Notes: generated by a model from the sequence alone, not told the origin. DNA of 64,000 nt from a virus (IMGVR_UViG_3300032254_000001:280484-344483); one strand, 5' to 3'; counted from the first letter of the stretch, positions 48,855-57,888 are shown. Made by a program: numbers and translations.

Positions 48855-50492
48855 ATGTTCGATGTATTCTACATATCACTAAAGCCCGCTGATTTTCCCT
48901 GGGCAATAAAAGTTAAAGACAGAGAAGAGGCACGTGAACTATCGCGTACTCGTTTCTGCTGGATACTTGATGGTCATAACGATTACACAAAATTTGATTT
49001 AATGTGGGAACCATCACGTTTTGAAGCAAATCAAGTACACGTTTGGCCAAGTCAATGGCAAGATCACGGCGGCACTGAATTTATTCCAAAAGACTGGGAT
49101 GGTTCCGTAAACTACCAATCACAGAGCGTACTCCGCGACACCCATCCATACATTGTGTACTTAGAACACGGCAATGACGATCAGTTTTATAATTCTGATG
49201 TCGCTATGTACTCACGAGCTAGGTTCATTAATGATTACTTAGGAACATTGAAGCGCGTAGTAAGTAAACACAAAGACGAAGACTTCATATGGGTAACGAG
49301 TTCTGTGTGTGATTACCGTACCTTTCATTTTTCTTGGCATCCGTCGGAATGGCAGAATGATATGTTGCATGTCTTTGCAAGCGACGAACAAAAGTTTGGT
49401 GATACATTTTACATTAATGTTAAAAACTTTTTAGCGCAATGTGATAACTTAGAACTACTTGAATGGTACGATACTATATGCTTCCATGACCATTCAATAC
49501 CAAGGCATCCAATGCCAGAGATACTACACGATTGTGATTCACAAGTAGATGCAATTAAAGAACAGGTATTTGGTGCTATCAAAGGATCATCGCCGACGGC
49601 TCCGTTAGTCCTCTATACAACACGAGCAGTTGAACTAGAGCAAGAGCCTGTGCCTACTATAAACTTATGGCGCCCGAAAACAAGAACAATTACTCCGCTA
49701 ACAGCATCCGGAAACACATGTATCGTTCCTAAGGATGCACTTATAGCAATTCAACACGAAGCGTACGACTATCCGCACATTAATAAAGATTACATGGACA
49801 GGTTCCTAGACACTCCATTGGACATTGTGTTTATGAGCAACGGAGAAGAATGTGCCGAAGCTAACTACAAACATCTATGTGATGTAGTCCCACCCGGGCA
49901 CATCGTACATCATGTTCAAGGTGTTGAAGGTAGGATAGCATCAGCTAGAGCAGCCGCAGCAATTTCTGGCACTGACTGGTTCTTTTCAATTAATGCTAAA
50001 CTTAAAGTTGACAAACAGTTCAACTGGAACTGGCAACCAGACCGCCTGCAACAGGCAAAGCATTATATCTTCCATGCATACAATCCGTATACGAAAGATA
50101 CATATGGACACATGGCAGCAATCGCCTGGAACAAGAAACTAGTTAATACTGATACTGAATGGGGCTTAGACTTTACAATGAGTCACAAGCACGAGGTTGT
50201 TCCTGTCCTGTCAGGTGAAGCGGTATACGGTCCTAAAGAGTGGGATCTATGGCGTACAGCATTTCGCGAAGTAATCAAGTTAATGCAAGCTACTGATGCC
50301 GAGTCTAAAACGCGCCTACAGCATTGGGTAACCGCTGATGATGAATGGACTGCTATTGGTGCAGCTGATGCAAGGCACTTCTGCAATAACATAGCAATGG
50401 GCGATCAAGAGAAGCTTAAACTAAGCTTTGACTGGGAATGGCTAGGCCAGTACTTTGTTATAAAGTACGCAGAGTGGTCTAAGCCCGTATAA
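48855..50492 (+). CDS. Multi-module GT-A-like protein; C-terminal module paralogous to 33709
   Basis: DIVFMSNGEE...VQGVEGRIASARAAA...LWRTAFREVIKL; two shorter related modules upstream. Confidence 0.55.
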   Translation: MFDVFYISLKPADFPWAIKVKDREEARELSRTRFCWILDGHNDYTKFDLMWEPSRFEANQVHVWPSQWQDHGGTEFIPKDWDGSVNYQSQSVLRDTHPYIVYLEHGNDDQFYNSDVAMYSRARFINDYLGTLKRVVSKHKDEDFIWVTSSVCDYRTFHFSWHPSEWQNDMLHVFASDEQKFGDTFYINVKNFLAQCDNLELLEWYDTICFHDHSIPRHPMPEILHDCDSQVDAIKEQVFGAIKGSSPTAPLVLYTTRAVELEQEPVPTINLWRPKTRTITPLTASGNTCIVPKDALIAIQHEAYDYPHINKDYMDRFLDTPLDIVFMSNGEECAEANYKHLCDVVPPGHIVHHVQGVEGRIASARAAAAISGTDWFFSINAKLKVDKQFNWNWQPDRLQQAKHYIFHAYNPYTKDTYGHMAAIAWNKKLVNTDTEWGLDFTMSHKHEVVPVLSGEAVYGPKEWDLWRTAFREVIKLMQATDAESKTRLQHWVTADDEWTAIGAADARHFCNNIAMGDQEKLKLSFDWEWLGQYFVIKYAEWSKPV

Positions 50493-50671
50493 CCCTGCAT
50501 TGTGTAACAGTACGCTGGATCTGTGTATTGTATGCAAATTATTTTCCACTATTCCTAGCTAAATCAAGCACTTAACCGTTAATAAGAGCAATTCGCATAT
50601 AGCAGAACGCCCTTATAAATCAATGACTTACAAGGGCGTCTAATGTTTCTATGTGTTGCGGAATATTGCAG

Positions 50672-50986
50672 TTATTTCACAATAATACCTGATTCTAGTA
50701 CACGTTTAACAATAACACCGTCATCTACTTCGTTTACACGTACAATGTAGGTTTGGTGTCTGTATCCATCAACGTCAATAGTAACTAGCTTCATCGTTTC
50801 GGGATCGGTTACAGTCCATTCGGAAATCACAGCATCATCAATTTGACGCATGTAGCAACATTTAAGTGATCTTGTTCCTTCGTCAATCTCAGAATCTAAG
50901 TCAAATTCAACCTTGCTGTAATTTGCCTTAAGTTCGTTGATGATACCGTGTGGTACTTCGTGTTCTTTAAGTGGTGGTGTTAACAT
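50672..50986 (-). CDS. Hypothetical protein
   Basis: 104-aa ORF downstream of thyA, with SD. Confidence 0.55.
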   Translation of the reverse strand: MLTPPLKEHEVPHGIINELKANYSKVEFDLDSEIDEGTRSLKCCYMRQIDDAVISEWTVTDPETMKLVTIDVDGYRHQTYIVRVNEVDDGVIVKRVLESGIIVK

Positions 50987-50995
50987 TTTGTTTCC

Positions 50996-52000
50996 TTATA
51001 CTGCCATGGGAGCTTTAATAGCTTCATGTGGGTTGTAGTTTAATAGTTCAAAGTCTTCCATAGTGAAGTTATCGATATCCATTATCTCTGTGTTCATTTG
51101 TAACGTTGGTAATTCCAATGGAGTTCGTTGAAGCTGTTCTTCAACTTGATCGAAATGATTATTATAAATGTGTGCATCGCCTAATGTGTGAATAAACTCA
51201 CCAACAGCTAATCCACAAACCTGTGCTATCATATGTGTTAACAGCGAATAGCTTGCAATGTTAAATGGCACGCCGAGGAACATGTCACAACTACGTTGAT
51301 ACATCTGACAACTTAGTGCATTGGTTGGGATATTGTATGCAGCAAATAGGGATTCTTTATTAATGTAACCACCGCCTGTAGTAGGCACAGTAGGATACTT
51401 CTTTGTAAAGATTTCTTCGCGTTCTTCTAATGAAAGCGGAGCAACATAAAACTGAGCAAGCAAATGACAAGGTGGTAGTGCCATTTGATCTAATTCACCT
51501 GGGTTCCAAGCTGTTAGTAAATGTCTGCGATCGAATGGATCGTTTTTAATACCATCTATAAGATTTGCAATTTGATCTGTTTCTTTTAACTTGCCAGTGG
51601 ATACATCATCATTGCCTTCATCGTGTGCAAGACTATGGAATGTTTGCCAGTGGCGCCATTGCACACCGTACACACGACCTAAGTCTCCTGGGAATTTAGC
51701 TTTATGCTTCCAGTAACCTGCTTCGGCGTTTGCAGTCCAGATAGTTTTCTTGTCTGCATCAACTGAACCGTGTCGTATCTCACATAGTCTTCGTTCGTCA
51801 CCGCTACCTTCAAGGAACCAAAGTAGTTCACTAACAACAGCCTTCCATGCTAACTTTTTAGTTGTCATTCCAGGAAAACCTTTGCGTAAATCGTAGCGAG
51901 TCTGTACACCAAATACACCACGTGTACCTGTACCAGTACGGTCGTCTCTATTAGTACCGTATTTTAAAATGTATTCTAGTGTGTCTAAATATGATCTCAT
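50996..52000 (-). CDS. thyA: Thymidylate synthase
   Basis: DRTGTGT, GDLGRVYGVQWR, ALPPCH, YQRSCDMFLGVPFNIASY, GDAHIY; start reassigned to 52000 (ATGA overlap with dfr). Confidence 0.96.
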   Translation of the reverse strand: MRSYLDTLEYILKYGTNRDDRTGTGTRGVFGVQTRYDLRKGFPGMTTKKLAWKAVVSELLWFLEGSGDERRLCEIRHGSVDADKKTIWTANAEAGYWKHKAKFPGDLGRVYGVQWRHWQTFHSLAHDEGNDDVSTGKLKETDQIANLIDGIKNDPFDRRHLLTAWNPGELDQMALPPCHLLAQFYVAPLSLEEREEIFTKKYPTVPTTGGGYINKESLFAAYNIPTNALSCQMYQRSCDMFLGVPFNIASYSLLTHMIAQVCGLAVGEFIHTLGDAHIYNNHFDQVEEQLQRTPLELPTLQMNTEIMDIDNFTMEDFELLNYNPHEAIKAPMAV

Positions 52001-52458
52001 TCTTTCCTTCTCCAAATCTCGTAAGTGTGTGTCATGCATAGCTGCGAACGTGTGCAATAGAAATCCTTGCGCAATGTATCTAAGTCTATGCTTACATCAC
52101 AATCGTATTCGCTAAACAAATGCGATAGGTGTATTTCGGTGATACCTTCCCAAAGATTTTCAACTAAGCCAGCGCCACCAATGAGCCAGTCAACGTGAGT
52201 TAAGTCGGCTACAGTTAGTTCTTTGATTTGGTCAACATCGTTAGGCAAGTCTAGTTCTGAATTGCTTGCTACTATGTTTTTTCTGTTTGGTAATGGCTTT
52301 GGCATACCGGATGATTCCCATGTGCCTCTGCCCATTAATATTGTTGTGTTAAGCGTGAGTTCCTTAAACCTAGCAAGATCTTTGTCTTGCTTAGGCCATG
52401 GCATTGAACCTTCGTTACCAATGCCTCCATTTCTCTCACATGCTAAGATTGCTTTCAT
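51997..52458 (-). CDS. dfr: Dihydrofolate reductase
   Basis: GGIGNEGSMPWP..DLARFK..LMGRGTWES..PLPNRKN..IGGA. Confidence 0.93.
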   Translation of the reverse strand: MKAILACERNGGIGNEGSMPWPKQDKDLARFKELTLNTTILMGRGTWESSGMPKPLPNRKNIVASNSELDLPNDVDQIKELTVADLTHVDWLIGGAGLVENLWEGITEIHLSHLFSEYDCDVSIDLDTLRKDFYCTRSQLCMTHTYEIWRRKE

Positions 52459-52781
52459 GATGTGCCTTCTAAGAACATATTAGTTTGTTGTTGTACTACT
52501 TCTGCGACATGTTGCACGTCTAAATAAAAATGCACAGTTTTAATATTATTGTGATTTTCCTTTAGTACTTGATCAACTATCTCTTCAAGTTCATGATCAT
52601 CCCATCCATGTGTACGAAGTTTTTGTATGTTGATGTCCTGTTCATCATCACCGTCTACCGATACATTAAAAATAATATTAACATTACGAACAAACCTAAT
52701 AGGTATATCCGTTTTGTCAATTGTGTTTATTAATGCTTCCCAACTATCTAACTTATCCTCGTCACTGATTACGAGCTTCAT
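52455..52781 (-). CDS. Hypothetical protein
   Basis: Acidic 108-aa ORF coupled to dfr. Confidence 0.6.
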   Translation of the reverse strand: MKLVISDEDKLDSWEALINTIDKTDIPIRFVRNVNIIFNVSVDGDDEQDINIQKLRTHGWDDHELEEIVDQVLKENHNNIKTVHFYLDVQHVAEVVQQQTNMFLEGTS

Positions 52782-53444
52782 TTAGCTCGTAGTCTTAGAC
52801 TTTTTAGGCGCAGCTTTCTTCTTAGGAGCAGCCTTTTTCTTAACGGTACGCTTTGGCTTTAATGCAGGGTTTAATTTAAAAGCTTCCTTCTCTAGTCGCT
52901 TACCTTCAGCAACCAGTGACGCACCTTCTGCAGACATTTGCTTAGATTGATCAAGCATCTGTGTTGCTAGTGTAGCATCGTCGATAACATCACCGGCATC
53001 AGCAATAACTTCTTCGTTGCGGCGTTGCTCAGCTGGGTCAACTAAGCCTGCATTCGCATCTAAGTCTTCCATCTGTTTAGTAGCATCTTCGCCAGCAGCC
53101 ATACCATCAAATATCTTGTTAAGTTCATCTAAACGTACATGTGATGTAGCGTTAGGTGTAACAATGATTTGATTAGTTTGAACTTTCTTGATCTTACCTT
53201 CTTTGTGCAATGTTTGCAACATAGGGCGACCATCTGGCAGTAAACTTCTGAACATTGCGTCTGACAATTGTTCTGAACTTTGACCTACATCACCTTCGAT
53301 AATTTTCATTACCGAATCGTGAAAGGCAGTTGACAATGTATCTGGGTAGATAACTAATGCCATATGCTCTTCGCCTGGTACAGTTCGATAAACAACAGCA
53401 ACCTTACGATCGCCATGTTTACCTACGTGTTTGATAAACCCCAT
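52782..53444 (-). CDS. Hypothetical protein with histone-H1-like basic tail
   Basis: Ends KPKRTVKKKAAPKKKAAPKKSKTTS. Confidence 0.65.
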   Translation of the reverse strand: MGFIKHVGKHGDRKVAVVYRTVPGEEHMALVIYPDTLSTAFHDSVMKIIEGDVGQSSEQLSDAMFRSLLPDGRPMLQTLHKEGKIKKVQTNQIIVTPNATSHVRLDELNKIFDGMAAGEDATKQMEDLDANAGLVDPAEQRRNEEVIADAGDVIDDATLATQMLDQSKQMSAEGASLVAEGKRLEKEAFKLNPALKPKRTVKKKAAPKKKAAPKKSKTTS

Positions 53445-53445
53445 A

Positions 53446-53745
53446 TTATTCTCCTGCGGTTACTGGTGCTTCGTCTTCGAATGATTCAGCAGTATCTGCT
53501 TCTGCGGCTGCTTCGTCTTCAGCTGGAGCTGGTGTGATAGCAGTAATGAAGTTAGCTAACTTAGTGTAGGTAGCACCAACCACTGTGAATTCATTAGTTT
53601 TGAATGCACCGCGCTGACTTGCAACGTCAATGATGTTACGTAGATTTGCAAGATCTTGTACGGTTAATGAAGCAGGTGCTTCTGTTGCTTCAACTTCTTC
53701 TACTGCATCAACAGTTGCTTCTTCTGTGTTTGTGTCATTGATCAT
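53446..53745 (-). CDS. Small acidic hypothetical protein
   Basis: LTVQDLANLRNIIDVASQRGAFK core; GAGGA SD; TTAAATA at 53789-53783. Confidence 0.65.
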   Translation of the reverse strand: MINDTNTEEATVDAVEEVEATEAPASLTVQDLANLRNIIDVASQRGAFKTNEFTVVGATYTKLANFITAITPAPAEDEAAAEADTAESFEDEAPVTAGE

Positions 53746-53826
53746 TTAATTTTTCCTCGTATGTAAATTCTGATTCTAGCAGTATTTAATCACCGGGGCA
53801 ATGACACAAGAATTTCAGTAACCGTT

Positions 53827-54096
53827 TTAACGGAAGAACATAGTGTACATGGTAGCTTCGGCAGGACTCTCAAAGCCAATTTGGTATTCCTCATTGACTA
53901 TCCATGTATTAACTTTCTCTGTATCGATTATTGCTTCAATAGCAAATCGTCCAGTCGTATTTTGTTCAATCCAGCTTAGGACTTGGGCACGATCATGATG
54001 ATGTCGGAACTTAACCCGAACAAAGTGCTCTGGGATAAACGACAGCATTTTGGTATTATGCCAGTCCATCGGATTAATTGATTCTAATAAATTCAT
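53827..54096 (-). CDS. Small paralogue array member 1
   Basis: WIEQNTTGRF...GFESPAEATMYTM. Confidence 0.65.
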   Translation of the reverse strand: MNLLESINPMDWHNTKMLSFIPEHFVRVKFRHHHDRAQVLSWIEQNTTGRFAIEAIIDTEKVNTWIVNEEYQIGFESPAEATMYTMFFR

Positions 54097-54137
54097 AATC
54101 TACTCATTGTGTTTAATGTATTTTAACATAGTTTAGC

Positions 54138-54401
54138 TTATATGCCAAACTTTAGTTTGAATATAAGAGCATCAGTTTCGAGTTTAAACATTACTGATTG
54201 CATAAGGATAATATACGGACCTTCGCAATGCACTTCGCACCATCTAAATATATTATCTATTCTCTCGGCAATCTCCTGGTCAGTGTAATAAGATTCTAGC
54301 GGATCCATTAAATTAACATCAAATGATCCATCCTGGAATTTCATAATGTCAATAGTACGTAAGGTAGTTGGACCTACAAATGAATACTTTTCGTCTAACA
54401 T
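54138..54401 (-). CDS. Small paralogue array member 2
   Basis: WCEVHCEGPY...FKLETDALIFKL. Confidence 0.65.
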   Translation of the reverse strand: MLDEKYSFVGPTTLRTIDIMKFQDGSFDVNLMDPLESYYTDQEIAERIDNIFRWCEVHCEGPYIILMQSVMFKLETDALIFKLKFGI

Positions 54402-54629
54402 CTATTTGCCCAACGCAAATGCAGTCGCATCATGCGGCTTATAAAATACAATTGAATTACTGCTCATGAAGTATTTGCCAGTTGTGTACTTTCCAATTCG
54501 CAGTAAAGTATCTTCTAACGAATGCTTTCTAATGTCATGCTTAACCCAAGCTACGTCAAAGTCGCGTATGTTCTGCGGTAGCATAGCTACACGACGATTC
54601 CGTGCTTCTTGTCTTAAGTTACGAGTCAT
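54402..54629 (-). CDS. Small paralogue array member 3
   Basis: IGKYTTGKYF...FYKPHDATAFAL; start reassigned to 54629. Confidence 0.6.
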   Translation of the reverse strand: MTRNLRQEARNRRVAMLPQNIRDFDVAWVKHDIRKHSLEDTLLRIGKYTTGKYFMSSNSIVFYKPHDATAFALGK

Positions 54630-54882
54630 AGTTTTTGTACCATAATGAAAACACAACAAAGTCTTTCTCATCTTCGAATGCAACTAGCTTTGGACCTAAA
54701 TAAAATCTACCGCTAGTGTAGTCGGCAATCCAAACATGCAAATGCCTAACATGAATTTCCAATGGGTCCTCAGTGTTGTACCATTGTTTATACCAATCTA
54801 CAACCTGATCTCTATGTATTTCTTTGCGGTCCCGTGTGCGTATAATAGCACCTAAGATTGGTATAAGAGTTTTACGAACCAC
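54619..54882 (-). CDS. Small paralogue array member 4
   Basis: WIADYTSGRFY...FEDEKDFVVFSL. Confidence 0.65.
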   Translation of the reverse strand: MVRKTLIPILGAIIRTRDRKEIHRDQVVDWYKQWYNTEDPLEIHVRHLHVWIADYTSGRFYLGPKLVAFEDEKDFVVFSLWYKNYDS

Positions 54883-55087
54883 GCTGGAAACCTAAATTGA
54901 AGTACGTAGCTTCCTGCGGAATCTCAAACCCAACATAGATTGGGGTTACTACATATTCGCCTTCGCAATTTGTATCAAGCCATTGAATAACTTCTTCACG
55001 GCACTTGCCACGATCGCCTAATTCAACAAGCGTCATTTCAATGCTGTCATCACAGTAGCACCACATTCTTGCGTCCGGGTGAATCAT
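54872..55087 (-). CDS. Small paralogue array member 5
   Basis: WLDTNCEGEY...FEIPQEATYFNL; start 55087 gives ATGA overlap. Confidence 0.65.
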   Translation of the reverse strand: MIHPDARMWCYCDDSIEMTLVELGDRGKCREEVIQWLDTNCEGEYVVTPIYVGFEIPQEATYFNLGFQRGS

Positions 55088-55329
55088 GGTTTCCATCCTA
55101 ATTTAAACATTACTGCATCTGCATCATCTGCGAATGCTATATGGGAACCACCAACATAAAACTTACCACTAGTATGTCGATCGATCCAGGTTAAAATTTT
55201 GTTGTAGTCGCTGTCTTTAGCAAGTGTGTATGACATAAAAGTTAACTCACCGCTGGGCCATGTTAACCTGCGAGCACTCAGGCGTCTGTTTAATGCTTCA
55301 GTTGATTTCTGCTTTGTTTCGTACGTCAT
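55084..55329 (-). CDS. Small paralogue array member 6
   Basis: WIDRHTSGKFY...FADDADAVMFKL. Confidence 0.65.
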   Translation of the reverse strand: MTYETKQKSTEALNRRLSARRLTWPSGELTFMSYTLAKDSDYNKILTWIDRHTSGKFYVGGSHIAFADDADAVMFKLGWKP

Positions 55330-55549
55330 ATAATGTATACGCCATTGCATCTTTATCGTTACAAAAATATAAAATATTAGGACCTAAGTAAAACTCGCCT
55401 TCTGTGTATGCAGCAAGCCAATCTAGTACTCTATTGCGTAGTCTGTAATCTAATGGAAATTGGAAAATGTTCCCTTCACGTGCGGCTTTAACAGGCCACA
55501 GCAATCTGCGTTCACGTAAGCTATCTCGTTGTGCTTTGGTTAATCCCAT
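55298..55549 (-). CDS. Small paralogue array member 7
   Basis: WLAAYTEGEFY...FCNDKDAMAYTL. Confidence 0.65.
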   Translation of the reverse strand: MGLTKAQRDSLRERRLLWPVKAAREGNIFQFPLDYRLRNRVLDWLAAYTEGEFYLGPNILYFCNDKDAMAYTLYDVRNKAEIN

Positions 55550-55788
55550 TGGCTCATCATTGCAATAAGACTAACTATAGCACCGCATAAACAAACAGCA
55601 ATGCCAACGACTGATAAGGCCTGTGTGTAGCCGAGTGCTTTTTTCCACTCAAACATTTCAGGGGTACCACCACCTTTTTGCAATGTTGTTATAAGTTTAG
55701 CGAATACTTCGTTAACTTTAAATAACGAAAATATAGCAAACGCCCCTGCGGCAGCAAATAATACTACAAGAATAACGAAGATGCTCAT
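55540..55788 (-). CDS. Small membrane protein (two hydrophobic segments)
   Basis: IFVILVVLFAAAGAFAIFSLF and LSVVGIAVCLCGAIVSLIAMM. Confidence 0.6.
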   Translation of the reverse strand: MSIFVILVVLFAAAGAFAIFSLFKVNEVFAKLITTLQKGGGTPEMFEWKKALGYTQALSVVGIAVCLCGAIVSLIAMMSQWD

Positions 55789-55979
55789 ACGTAGTTGCCT
55801 TCGTCTTGCTCTTTGTGTACTGCAATACGTTTCTTCTTAGCTTCAGGAGCTGCATTGTAAAGTTCAATATACTCTTCGAGGGTTTTGTCCTCTCCGAATA
55901 TTTGGGCTGCAATTTCAATAAACTGTTCTGCGGTTAGGGTGTTGTTAATAACACCTTCTGTTCGTACAGTAATGTTCAT
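55785..55979 (-). CDS. Hypothetical protein
   Basis: 64-aa ORF overlapping neighbour. Confidence 0.5.
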   Translation of the reverse strand: MNITVRTEGVINNTLTAEQFIEIAAQIFGEDKTLEEYIELYNAAPEAKKKRIAVHKEQDEGNYV

Positions 55980-55980
55980 A

Positions 55981-56193
55981 CTATACCCCTCTAAATGTTA
56001 AGTTAAAAAATGTTGCGTCTGTTGTGTGTTGAAAGTAAAGCTTTGCAGGAGTAATATATAATTGTCCTGTACAATGTGTTCTAAACCAAGTTCTTAAATC
56101 ACCTATTTCAAAACAATTGTAACCTACAACAGTCCAAGCAGTAGCATTAAGGCGCCCTGCTGTATGGACTGATGTAAAGGCTTCACCTTTCAT
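55981..56193 (-). CDS. Small paralogue array member 8
   Basis: WFRTHCTGQLY...FQHTTDATFFNL. Confidence 0.6.
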   Translation of the reverse strand: MKGEAFTSVHTAGRLNATAWTVVGYNCFEIGDLRTWFRTHCTGQLYITPAKLYFQHTTDATFFNLTFRGV

Positions 56194-57488
56194 TAGTTCT
56201 TCTTGTGCTCATCGTAGTAAGCAGTGGTACCAAACGGTGCTTCGATTGAAGTTGAACCGTGTATAACCCAAAGCGTATCAACGTAGTCTGGATCACCCCA
56301 GCTACCAAATGGGTAACCATCTGTGAATACAATTAAACGTTCTGGTGACACTTCGTTGGTCTTCATGTAGTTGAAGATTGGTTCGAAGTCAGTACCGCCA
56401 AATCCGCCCATTTCATATTCAGCGATGCTGTTAATGTCATCACTGTTAAACTGTTCTGGATTGTGAACTTGTGTATCAAAGCAGAACAAGTGGATCTTGT
56501 ACGCTGTGAACGACTCCATACAACCTTGCACTTCACTAAGGAAGTCACGTAACATAGTCTGGCTAATTGAACCCGAAGTATCAATTGCTACTGCAATATC
56601 AATTTCTTCACCTGGGTTCATACCAGGCATGATTGCATCCATGTGCCAGCTACGACGGCTTGGACGCATCCAAGTATAGTCATCTTTGATTGCACTTGTA
56701 AGAGTTAAGTTTAACAGTTCACGCCAGTCCATCTGTGGTTCTGTTAAATCTTTAAGCATCTTCTTAACGTTGCCTGGAATGTTACCTGCGTTAGGTTCAT
56801 TGCTTGCCGCGTTAATTACTGCTTCTTTAAATTCATCGCGTATTTCGTCACGGTCTGCTTGTGACAATTTAGGACGACCTTTGCCCTTGCCTTCACCCTC
56901 ACCGTCTTCGCCATCACCATCGCCTTCGTCACCTTCACCATCAAGGTGTTCGTCAAGCATTTTATCGATGAGGTCTTGCATGTCGATGTACTCAACATTC
57001 TCTTTCAGTAAGTCATAAACTTCTTCTGAAGGCATGCCCTTGTACTTACGATCATATAGGATTTCAATAGTTGTAATTTTGCGACCAATGTTGTGATCAA
57101 CTAAGTCAGTGTTCACACAGTAATCGTTCGCAATGTTCCACAGTTGAGGTTCGCGGTTGTCACGACGACCAAAGTGGTCATATACACAATGCAGCACTTC
57201 GTGACCAAAGCCGAACTCAATTTCTTTCTGGTCCAGCATGTTAACGAAGCGTGAATTGTAGTAAAAATGTCGACCATCTGTAGCAAGTGTAGGAAGCCAT
57301 TCATCAGCATTAACTAGCTTCAAGCGAGTAGCAAGATTACCAAAGAACGCTTGCTTTAAAAGCAGCGATACACGAGCACCGATTAGCTTCTCCTTTGCCT
57401 CATAATCCACATTAGGATCAGTAGGACCAAGCAGGTCGCCGTGCTTCTTTTTATCGTCTTTGTTAGTTGTAGCATTATCTGTTGACAT
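56193..57488 (-). CDS. Metallopeptidase-like (HExxH) + VWA domain protein
   Basis: TLATDG..HEVLH..WNIANDY; MIDAS DTSGS, GGTDF, FTDG. Confidence 0.88.
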   Translation of the reverse strand: MSTDNATTNKDDKKKHGDLLGPTDPNVDYEAKEKLIGARVSLLLKQAFFGNLATRLKLVNADEWLPTLATDGRHFYYNSRFVNMLDQKEIEFGFGHEVLHCVYDHFGRRDNREPQLWNIANDYCVNTDLVDHNIGRKITTIEILYDRKYKGMPSEEVYDLLKENVEYIDMQDLIDKMLDEHLDGEGDEGDGDGEDGEGEGKGKGRPKLSQADRDEIRDEFKEAVINAASNEPNAGNIPGNVKKMLKDLTEPQMDWRELLNLTLTSAIKDDYTWMRPSRRSWHMDAIMPGMNPGEEIDIAVAIDTSGSISQTMLRDFLSEVQGCMESFTAYKIHLFCFDTQVHNPEQFNSDDINSIAEYEMGGFGGTDFEPIFNYMKTNEVSPERLIVFTDGYPFGSWGDPDYVDTLWVIHGSTSIEAPFGTTAYYDEHKKN

Positions 57489-57511
57489 GGTGTTTTTCCT
57501 GTTTATTAACT

Positions 57512-57556
57512 CTATGTACTAATTATATGATGATCTGCCCTAAAGGTCAACCTTTA
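57512..57556 (-). promoter_or_regulatory. Early sigma70 promoter with palindromic -35
   Basis: TTGACC(57550-57545)-17-TATAAT(57527-57522); TAAAGGT-CA-ACCTTTA at 57541-57556. Confidence 0.8.
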
Positions 57557-57844
57557 TTTGGCATAATCATGGTTGTAAGTTGTTGATTTTGCAACACCTT
57601 CTTCACTTAATAGCGCGTATTCGCCATTATTAAGCTTAACAGGCATGGCCTTTTTGGTGGTAAATGCCCGCATTTTGCGCAAATATGCCTCATTTTCCAT
57701 GAAATCATATAGTACTGCTGGGTAGGTTAGCTGGTTGCGCTTGATGTGATTTAGTATGTTTACTAGGTGACCATCGGTTAAATCCTTGATTAGGATCTGA
57801 TCCCCGGCTTCTGTTTCCCACATTGTTCGATTTCTATCGTACAT
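57554..57844 (-). CDS. Hypothetical protein
   Basis: WETEAG..ILIKDLTDGHLVNIL. Confidence 0.55.
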   Translation of the reverse strand: MYDRNRTMWETEAGDQILIKDLTDGHLVNILNHIKRNQLTYPAVLYDFMENEAYLRKMRAFTTKKAMPVKLNNGEYALLSEEGVAKSTTYNHDYAK

Positions 57845-57888
57845 TAACAGCTCGCTATCTGATTATCTATTAGAAATGGTTTCACCTG

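Noticed and set aside
50493-50671. tRNA, CRISPR array or structured ncRNA in the larger intergenic gaps (also 59560-59740)
   Set aside because: No cloverleaf, T-loop or regularly spaced direct repeats; only short inverted repeats
50996-52000. ThyA as a dCMP hydroxymethylase
   Set aside because: It has Asn (PFNIASY) at the specificity position where hydroxymethylases have Asp, and it is coupled to DHFR
56860-56950. Repetitive GEGDEGDGDGEDGEGEG-coding DNA
   Set aside because: Ordinary low-complexity linker between the peptidase and VWA domains
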